Below are positions 11,168-20,000 of a stretch of DNA of 20,000 bases, one piece after another (positions within the stretch are counted from its first letter, which is position 1; each line of letters opens with the position of its first letter). The notes beneath the pieces were generated by a model. The model saw only the letters and a list, made by a program, of their open reading frames with translations. It was not told the origin of the DNA and ran no database searches. A program made the translations under genes and the position numbers. Origin of the DNA: Neocallimastix sp. 'constans' (lineage: Eukaryota); NCBI GenBank assembly GCA_050613775.1, contig JBODTK010000124.1:478609-498608 (forward strand). Reading direction: 5' to 3'.

Positions 11168-11926
11168 AATTGAAATTGAAATTTGATTTTAAACTATTTT
11201 TATATCTTTAAATTTTAAATAAAATGTAAATTTTAACTAATTTTTATTTTCTTATTTTATTTCATTTTATTATTTTATATAATATAATATTTTATTTTAT
11301 TTTATTTTATTTTTATTTTAATATAAATTAATTTTTTATATTTTATATAATATATTTTTAATTTTGAATATATATTTTTATAATCTCAATGATAAAATAA
11401 AAAATAAATAACATTTTAATTTAAATTCAATGAATTCATATTCATATATATATATAAATATATTTATATATCAATCTATTAAAATGAATGATAATAAACT
11501 ATATATATAAAATACATATACATATATATATATGTATATCATACGTATGTCTTTTTTATTTTTAAATAGTATACTACTGCTACAGAAACCAGTAGTACCA
11601 CCAACACTAATGAAAATAATAATCAATTTTTACCTGGATTTATAAAAACTATATTAACCACCCCTACCACCTATTCCAATTCTTCAGCTACTATTTCATT
11701 CAATTATAATGACCAACAAGCTAGTCAAGTCTATGATACCAAAATTGAAAAAAGAAAACAAGTTCCACTCGAAAATTTCCCACTTAGTGATCAACAAAAA
11801 GAAGAAAAAACGAAGGAAAAAAAAATACGCAAGTTATTAAAACGTGCAGGTAAAAAAAATTTGATGTCAAGAAGAGAAAGAAAAAAAAGTGGTATGTGGG
11901 AAATTCCTATGGAAGCTCGAAAGTAT

Positions 11927-11965
<39 letters not shown>

Positions 11966-12046
11966 TATATATATGTAATTAAAAAAAATAATAAATTCAA
12001 ATTTTAATTTTTTTTTTTTTTTTTTTTAAAAAAAATATTTATATAC

Positions 12047-12082
<36 letters not shown>

Positions 12083-12458
12083 TAAATTAAAATTTCATGT
12101 TTAAATATTAATTACAATAAAATTCAATAAAATAATAATAATAATAATATTAATATTAATAATAACAATAATCACAATAATAAATAATAAATAAAGATAT
12201 GAATTATATAAACCTCTTCATCAACTATGGACCCAATATATGAAAGAATTATTAGGTGATAATATACCAACCAATAATTATAGTGTTATTTATTCTAAAC
12301 TTTTAAAAGCTGATTTTCATGGTTCAGTTATTACAGGTAAATAAAATAAAATAAAATAAAATAAATAAAACTAATGTAATATATATATTATAATTTAGTT
12401 TTATATATATAATTTTATTTTTTATTTTTATTTTGTAAATATAATAAATAATTACTAA

Positions 12459-12505
<47 letters not shown>

Positions 12506-12900
12506 AATCATTATAATAATTAGTGGTTCAATCTAAATGTCCATCCTATATTGGTAAATCTGGTATTTTATTGAAGGAAACAGAAAATACTTTTAATATT
12601 ATAACTAAAAATGATCGTTTATTAAGTGAGTTTCATATAATATATATATATTTATAGAATTTTTTTTTTTTTTTTTTTTTTTAAATTAATTAATATATAT
12701 TTATTGATTTTTTTTTTCTTTTATATATATATAATTTTATTATAATATATAAATGTATTTTAGTTATACCAAAAGCTCATTCTGTATTTACGATTCATTA
12801 TGATAAATTTTTATTTAAAATTTATGGTGATAACTTTAAGGTTCGTTCCGGCGAACGAATTTCTAAAAAATTTAAAATAAAATCTATCGTAGATTTATAA
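10630..12900 (+). CDS. POP4: RNase P/MRP protein subunit Pop4/Rpp29, 6 exons, ~279 aa
   Basis: Exons 10630-10654, 10932-11014, 11570-11922, 12197-12336, 12524-12625 and 12764-12900 (840 nt, phases 1,0,2,1,1 all compatible). Rpp29 motifs: YELYKPLHQLWTQYMKELL, KLLKADFHGSVITVVQSKCPSYIGKSGILLKETENTFNII, IPKAHSVF, IYGDNFKVRSGERISKKFK. Exons 3-6 are secure; exons 1-2 are less certain. Confidence 0.9.
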
Positions 12901-12924
12901 GGAAATAGAAAAATAGAATAATAT

Positions 12925-12926
<2 letters not shown>

Positions 12927-13001
<75 letters not shown>
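12927..13001. repeat. (AAT)n trinucleotide microsatellite just 3' of POP4
   Basis: About 25 perfect AAT units. Confidence 0.95.
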
Positions 13002-13002
<1 letters not shown>

Positions 13003-13094
13003 TATACATTTTTTTATTTTTCATAATTTTTACCACGACAATATCATCAGCAACAAAACATTGTTATTATTATTAATTTTTTTATATATATATA

Positions 13095-13125
<31 letters not shown>

Positions 13126-13856
13126 TTTTTATAAAAATAAAAACTTTTTGAATATTTTATATATTTACAAATAAAATGAAAAAAGAATATATTTATATAT
13201 ACATTTAAAATAAAAAAAAAAATACCTACAGTTTAATAATAATAATAATAATAAATACATATAATATATAATATATATTTTTAAAAGTATTGAACTTTTT
13301 TTTTTTTTTGTTTTTTAATTTCATTCTTTATCATATATACAAACTAATATATACAAACTAATATTTATTATTCAACGATTAAATTTTTTTTTTTTTTTTT
13401 TCAATTTTTAAATACATTTATATCTATTATATATATATATATATTGATGATGAAAAAACTATACTAACTTTTATCTCTCGATCTATTCATTTATTCATTT
13501 ATTTTTTTTTTTTTTTTTTTTTTTATTTATTTATTTATTTATTTATTATAAAGTACTATTATAATTTAAAAAAAAAAAAAAAAAAAAAAAAGGAAAAAGG
13601 AAAAAGGAAAGAAAAGGAAAATGAAAAAGAAAAAAAAAAAATAATTACAATTTATAAATAGTATATATAAAAGTTATTTAATTTTATAAAGATAAAAGGA
13701 GTTACAAAAAAATATAAATAAAATAATATAAAATAAAATAAAAAAAAAAAAAAGGTGATAACAATGAATATCCTAAAGATTTATTATACAAAATATATAT
13801 AAAATAATAAACAAATAAAATAAAATAGAATTAAAATAAAATAATCATGTAGATTA

Positions 13857-13859
<3 letters not shown>

Positions 13860-13889
<30 letters not shown>

Positions 13890-14101
13890 TATTTTATTTT
13901 ATTTTATTTTATTTTATTTTATTTTATTTTATTTTATTTTATTTTATTTTATTTTATTTTATTTTATTTTATTTTATTTTATTTTATTTTATTTTATTTT
14001 ATTTTATTTTATTTTATTTTATTTTATTTTATTTTATTTTATTTTATTTTATTTTATTTTATTTTATTTTATTTTATTTTATTTTATTTTATTTTATTTT
14101 A
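13860..14101. repeat. Poly(T) tract followed by (ATTTT)n microsatellite
   Basis: T run 13860-13885, then ~215 bp of perfect ATTTT. Confidence 0.95.
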
Positions 14102-14220
14102 ATCATATTTTCTTTTTACTTTTTATTTTATTATTTTTTTATTATTATGATTATTATATTTTATTTATTTATTTATTTATTATTATATATATAAATATCT
14201 TTTTTTTTTTTTTTTTTTTT

Positions 14221-15872
14221 TTAAGAACGAGTAACTAAATTAATTAAGGGTTCTGTTTCATCAGGATCATCCGATTCTTCATCTGAATTTATTAAATCTC
14301 CTTCTTGTTGAGTTGGACCTTCTTCTATTGGTTCTTCATTTTCTATTTCATTTTCATTTATATTTTCTTCTTCTAATGGAATATCAATGACATGAGCATC
14401 TTCCGTTGAAGTTACGGATTCAGTATCTAATGAAATTTGATTTTCATCAGTATTATTATAAGAATTATTATTGCTATTGTTAATACTAATACTATTATTA
14501 TTACTGTTATTGTTATTATCATCAGTATGTCCAAGTAATGGTGTATTTTCATCAGCATCATCATCCTCATCACCTGAAATATTACGCTTACAAATAGGAC
14601 AAAACTTCTTTCTAGTAGTAAGCCATAAATCAATACATTCAACATGATACTCATGATGGCATGGCAATACACGAAGTTTATCACCATCTTTAAAGTCATC
14701 AATACAAACAGCACATGTTTCAGGATCATTTTCTTTCATTTTCTTCGAATCAAATGTTTTTATTGGAAGAGCATCAACTTCTTCTTGTGTAGCAGCTCCT
14801 AAACTAGCAGATGATTCCGCTTGTAATTCAGCTTCAAAGGAGTCAATTCTAAATTTATATATAATGAATATTCCAAAAATGAAAAAAACTGGTAATAATG
14901 TGGTCATCATAAATATATCAGTAACTGGCCAATCACCATCAGCTTTAATAATGCTAATCTCTTCAAAAGGATAATCTTGTCGAATGGTATACATATCATA
15001 TTGAAGAATGAAAACTGATGGAATTTGAATATCAGAAGTATCTCCACCAGAATACATGGTAATTAAATGATAATCACCATAATTATTACCAACAATTACA
15101 GCTTTGGCACCGCTACTTTGCATATTACGAACTTTCTCAGAAAAAGTACAACCTCCACCTCTTTCAATCAAAGCTATAAAACCTTCTTCAAGAATATTAA
15201 TTCCATATTTTTTGACAACACTTTTAATCTTTTTTTCCTTTATAATTTTACAACCATAACGTCCATCACTTTCAATCATTTCCATTGGAATAACAATACC
15301 TTGAATTTCATCTTCACTTAATCTAGGACCAAATGCAGCTAATCTTCCCTTTCAAAGAGAAAAAAAAAAATATTATAAAAATAATAATATTATAAAAATA
15401 AATATATATAAAAGTAAAAATATAAATAGAAACAATAAAAATTTAAATAAATTAAAATTAATAATAATAATAATATTAATAATAATAATAATAATATAAA
15501 AATAAAATAAAATAAAATTTAACATTAAAAAATTAAATATAATATATTAAAATTTAAAATTAAAAATTAGTTTTTTTTTTATTTTTTTAAAAAAAAATAG
15601 TTTTATCTTATACATTTCATATTATAAATACATATTATTTTTAATTGAAAACTTAAACTTCATATTTTATAATTATATAATATTCAAACTACATATATAT
15701 GTAATATATATTTTTGTTATTTTGAACTTACTTGAATGGTTTCATTAGTACTTTTGATAACAATTAACGAATCTGAGAATAAATTTTCATCATAGGCCTC
15801 ACTTGATGGAACAAAGCAACATGCTATCCAAATAATACAAAACATAATCCAGGTAAATTCTTTACAATCCAT
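14221..15872 (-). CDS. PA-TM-RING-H2 E3 ubiquitin ligase (RNF13/RNF167/plant RMR-like), 2 exons, ~422 aa
   Basis: Exon 1 is 15872-15732 (signal peptide MDCKEFTWIMFCIIWIACCFVPSSEA). A phase 0 GTAAGT..AAG intron follows, then exon 2 at 15348-14221. PA domain: AAFGPR..IALIERGGCTFSEKVRNMQSSGAKAVIVGN..IPSVFI. TM segment: LLPVFFIFGIFIIY. RING-H2: CAVC..LPCHHEYHVECIDLWL..CPIC. Acidic tail. Confidence 0.93.
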
Positions 15873-16084
15873 TTTTTTTATTGATACTTTTATTTTTATA
15901 TTTATTTTTTTCTTGACTTGTCGTTAATTTTAAATTATTTCAAGATAATTTTTTTTTGTGGAATGCAGTATTTTATTATTATTGATTACACAATTATTAT
16001 TATTATAATTATTTTTTTTTTTAAATAATTAAATTCAATTATGAAAAAAACTTTTTTTTTTTCTAAATTAACTATAAAATAGTA

Positions 16085-16121
<37 letters not shown>

Positions 16122-16490
16122 AATAAAATATGATATTAATTATGAGAAGAGAATAAATAATAAAAATAATACAAAATAACTATATAATTTTTATAAAGTA
16201 GTATGTTTATGTATAAATATATATATATTTAAGTAATAATATCTTTTTATATAAATAAATATTTAAATGGTAATTTTAAGGAAAAATACAATAAATTAAA
16301 GTGTCATGATTCAAAAAAAACAATATAATAAAATTGTAAAGTATGAATTGTTATTAATGATTATTAAATACTATGGTACTTCAATGAAATTTAGTTATTT
16401 AATTATTATATATACAATAATTTATAAATTTTAATTTAATTAAACAAAAATATTTTTGCTATATAAGTATATTCATAAATCAATAAATAC

Positions 16491-16555
16491 TTCAAAAAAA
16501 AAAATATTTCTTTCCTTATTATATTCAAAAAAAAAATATTTCTTTCCTTATTATA
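16491..16555. repeat. 33/32-bp tandem duplication
   Basis: TTC(A)10-11TATTTCTTTCCTTATTATA twice. Confidence 0.8.
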
Positions 16556-17277
16556 TTTAAAATAATAATAAGTAATAAAATATATATAGTATTTATAATA
16601 ATTGTAATATTATTTTTTTTTTTTTATTAATAAATAAATAAAAATGTTGTGTATAACTTATTATAAAAAAAATAATTATTATTAATACTTACATTATAAC
16701 AATTAAATTCAATTAATTTAAATTTATTATTTATTGTACAAAAAAAAAAAATATATTAAAATATTTATCTGATAATTACAATAATTTAATATGTATGGAT
16801 TTATTGAGTTTTTTTTTTTTTAATATATGAAAAACGAATTATTCATTTTATGAATGTATATATATTAAAAAGTTCTTTTTTTTTTTACTGAATTATTTTT
16901 TTTTTTGTTATTTATTTTTTGAAAAAAAAAGAGAAAAACTTTTTTCCTAATAATAATTTTTTTCTTTCTTTATTTTTATTTTTTAACCTTTTGTTATAAC
17001 ATTTTTTATTTTGTTTTTTATGAAAGGTTATTTCAAATTAAGTCTTGTTATAATAAAATTTCTATACTAATAATAATATACTTGTTATTAAATTAATTAG
17101 TATATAGATTATTTTATTATTAAATAAATATATTTTCCATTTATAAATTTGCAATACTAACAATATTAAAATAATCTTTCATATAACAAACAAAATAAAA
17201 TATATATATATATTAAAAAAGAAATATACGCTTTTTTTTTTTTTTTTATTAAAAATTAAAATATATTTTATCAATAT

Positions 17278-17313
<36 letters not shown>

Positions 17314-17486
17314 TATCTCTTTTTTTTTAATATTTTTTTTTATTTTCTTTTGTTTTTTTAAAAAAAAAAAAAAATATTAAATAAAATGAAATTTTATTAT
17401 TTATTAATAAATACTCTTTTTATTATTATTATTACATTTTTATTTATTATTATTTATTATTTAATTATTATTATAATTATTATTAT

Positions 17487-17730
17487 TTTATTTATTATTT
17501 ATTATTTATTATTTATTATTTATTATTTATTATTTATTATTTATTATTTATTATTTATTATTTATTATTTATTATTTATTATTTATTATTTATTATTTAT
17601 TATTTATTATTTATTATTTATTATTTATTATTTATTATTTATTATTTATTATTTATTATTTATTATTTATTATTTATTATTTATTATTTATTATTTATTA
17701 TTTATTATTTATTATTTATTATTTATTATT
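17487..17730. repeat. (TTTATTA)n heptanucleotide satellite
   Basis: About 240 bp of a 7-mer. It generates the spurious IIYYLLF-repeat ORF 17386-17751. Confidence 0.95.
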
Positions 17731-18059
17731 CAATTAGTCATCATCAATTAATTAAATAACTATTAGTAGATAAATTTTAATACTTTGTAGTATATAATAT
17801 TAACTAATTAGTATATATTTAATAATCAAAATTATTGAAGGAAACTGGTCAGTAATTAATTATAGTGAATTAAAAAAAATTGAAAAGGCCATACATAAAT
17901 TTATCTTTAAATGTAAAGAAAAAAAATAGTATTAATCATTTTAGTTAACTTCACTTTCATTAACTTCCAATAATAAATATCAACTATATTCATAATATCA
18001 ATTTATTTATCATTTTATATTATATATTTATTTCTTATTTCTTATTTCTTATTTATTTA

Positions 18060-18107
18060 TTATTGATTATTGATTATTGATTATTGATTATTGATTATTG
18101 ATTATTG
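18060..18107. repeat. (TTATTGA)n heptanucleotide repeat, ~7 copies
   Basis: Read directly. It is a one-base variant of the neighbouring TTATTTA 7-mer array. Confidence 0.85.
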
Positions 18108-18148
18108 AATTGATTATTCCACTATTTATTATTTATTATTTATTATTT

Positions 18149-18184
<36 letters not shown>

Positions 18185-18618
18185 CTTATTTATTTTTATT
18201 AATTAAAAATAAAAATATTTTATTTATATCCATAATATGAACTATTTTAGTATTATTTATTATGTATTATCAATTCTAATTTTTAGTAAATTTTTTTTTT
18301 TTTAATCTACCTAAATTAGGCACTTTCTTATTAAAAAATGAAGAAAATAAAGATTCTCATATAACATATATTGAGTATATTCGAATATATGTAGTCACAT
18401 TCTTTGAAATATAATTTAAAACTATTAATATTATACTTTTAATTTATTTGTCACCTTTAAAAACTAATTTTTTAATTAAAAATTATATATTATTATTATA
18501 AAATATTTATTAAGGGGATTTTCCCAATATTGGGAGCGTTGTATTTCGGAACGTGGGTTTATATATGTGGCGTCTTTAAATAAACTGTTTATGTAAGGTG
18601 GCTTAAATTAATAAATAA

Positions 18619-19199
18619 TTAAAAATATTTAATAATATTAATATTTAAAATTTTATTTAATTTTAAAGATATTATTATATTTTTGTTCCTTTTTGGTGGA
18701 CCTTTAGTTTTAAATGAGCTACTTAATGATATTTCTTTTAGAAACTTATTTTTATCAAAATATCTTCCTATGAATATGTTTAAAACTGAAAAGGAGCTAC
18801 ATTTCGATAGAGGGGAACAGAGATAATTAAATGAACTACTTTTCAAAGGTTCATCTGAGTCACTTGTTCCAAAAATTGTTGGCTTGGAAGAATTATTAAC
18901 TAGTGCAATACCTATCATAAGTTAGTTCGTTTGAGCTATTATTTGATAGGTATTCCAATATACCAAACTTAACCAAGAGTATCGACGTCATACTGATAAG
19001 GTATAATAATAATACAGAATCATCATCTATTTCTACGAAGGGTGAATCTCGCCATAGTAGTTCAATAAATGATGAATCCTGGGAGAGTTTAGTGGACACC
19101 ACGCTATCTATTATAAAGATGTTACTTCTAGGTTTTATTATTCTTTTATTCGGAAGGAAGGAAGAATTCCTGTATAGTACAACTTGCCGAAATATATAG
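18619..19199. other. Unidentified coding-like segment with a probable frameshift near 18900-18920; coding strand unresolved
   Basis: GC is higher than in the flanks. Two overlapping minus-strand ORFs (18896-19102, 18619-18918) and a 92-codon stop-free plus frame (18921-19196). No recognisable domain. Confidence 0.35.
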
Positions 19200-19488
19200 T
19201 ATTTTTGAACTTATTCATTTTTTATTTTTTTTTTTTAACTTTTATTTTTATTTTTAATTTCAAATGTACTTTTTACCTACATATATTTTTTATAATAAAA
19301 TTATGGAAGTGTATTCTCTTTTCTGTCTAAAAATAAAAAAAATTAAAGATATATTTTAATATTTTTAAATTAGCCTAATTCAAAAATGATTAATCATTTG
19401 ATTGACGTATTTTTTAACATAATTTTAATTATTAATATATCATAAATCCGTATAACATCATTTTCATTTAATCATTTCTTTGATATTA

Positions 19489-20000
19489 TTAATTATTTAT
19501 CATATAATTAATAATTTTAATATTTAAATTATTTAAACATTTTAACCATAATTCAACGAAATCATTTTCATTACTTTCTTTTTTTTTCTAACAAAATTAC
19601 CATTTTTTTTTTATTAATATTTAATTAAAGTATTGATTTCGTCAGTTCTTCCTAGTTCCTCTAACTCTCCTTTCGCAATCATTATAAGATAAGGATTCTT
19701 TCTCTTATAATGTTAACATTAATTTATAAAAAGTAGGCTTTTCTGAAAATAAATTCTTTAAGTAATTAATATATGATTCTGAATCATTATTTGTTATATG
19801 TTCTATATTATTATAGTAATTCCAATATTCAATTTTATAGCTTTTTAGAGAGGTTTTTTCAAAGTAAACTAAAATTCCTAAAATTGGTCATAATTATGTT
19901 TATAGCATTCACTTTTAATTTAAATATTTAGGGTTTATAAAAGGAAAGTTTAAATATACAAACATTTATTATTTTCCACTTTATTAAAATATAATTTATT
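19489..20000 (-). pseudogene. MULE/Mutator transposase C-terminal remnant with stops and frameshifts
   Basis: Minus-strand translation across frames: NKLYFNKVENNKCLYI* / FPFINPKY / IKSECYKHNYDQF*EF / VYFEKTSLKSYKIEYWNYYNNIEHITNNDSESYINYLKNLFSEKPTFYKLMLTL*EKESLSYNDCERRVRG / GRTDEINTLIK / NENDFVELWLKCLNNLNIKI. The YF..W..TNNxxES..P pattern (19771-19800) is the MULE transposase segment around the third catalytic Glu. In-frame TAA at 19705-19707. Recognised from motif memory, not from a search. Confidence 0.8.

Larger units (their letters stand above)
18514..20000 (-). mobile_element. Putative decayed Mutator-like element (MULE), running off the right edge of the window
   Basis: Transposase remnant at 19489-20000, plus an abrupt G-rich island beginning GGGGATTTTCCCAATATTGGGAGCG at 18514, downstream of the transposase stop, which I interpret as one TIR. 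The partner TIR is not in the window, so the boundary is inferred. Confidence 0.5.

Noticed and set aside
11791..12000. Minus-strand 69-aa ORF with poly-Lys
   Set aside because: Antisense to POP4 exon 3 and the intronic poly(T).
14200..14223. Poly(A) directly after the PA-RING stop codon, suggesting a retrocopy
   Set aside because: The gene retains an intron, and A/T homopolymers of 20-30 nt occur throughout the window.
14427..15321. ORFs 14427-14729 (-) and 15067-15321 (+)
   Set aside because: Alternate-frame and antisense shadows of the PA-RING gene.
17386..17751. 121-aa IIYYLLF-repeat ORF
   Set aside because: Translation of the (TTTATTA)n satellite.
1..20000. The four genes as a functional cluster or novel system
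   Set aside because: CotH, Tim44, Pop4 and a PA-RING ligase act in unrelated compartments, and I found no shared upstream motif. No tRNA, rRNA or ribozyme core was recognised either.

Overview
Extremely AT-rich eukaryotic DNA with spliceosomal GT-AG introns. The composition and gene content point to an anaerobic gut fungus (Neocallimastigomycota); this is inference. I reconstructed four intact multi-exon genes by hand, with consistent splice phases: a secreted, probably GPI-anchored CotH-family protein (+, 3092-5447), the import-motor subunit Tim44 (+, 7622-9775), the RNase P/MRP subunit Pop4/Rpp29 (+, 10630-12900, missed by the ORF track) and a PA-TM-RING-H2 E3 ligase (-, 14221-15872). Mobile DNA flanks them: a ~0.9 kb MITE-like element with terminal inverted repeats at ~129-1019, and a decayed Mutator (MULE) transposase at 19489-20000 (-). 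Next to the transposase lie a probable TIR at ~18514 and an unidentified coding-like segment. The rest is microsatellites, homopolymers and a perfect 160-bp tandem duplication. I cannot demonstrate a new biological system. The strongest leads are purine-rich 3' splice sites (one preceded by A32), a possible cargo-carrying MULE with a related MITE, and the Tim44 of a probably hydrogenosome-bearing lineage.
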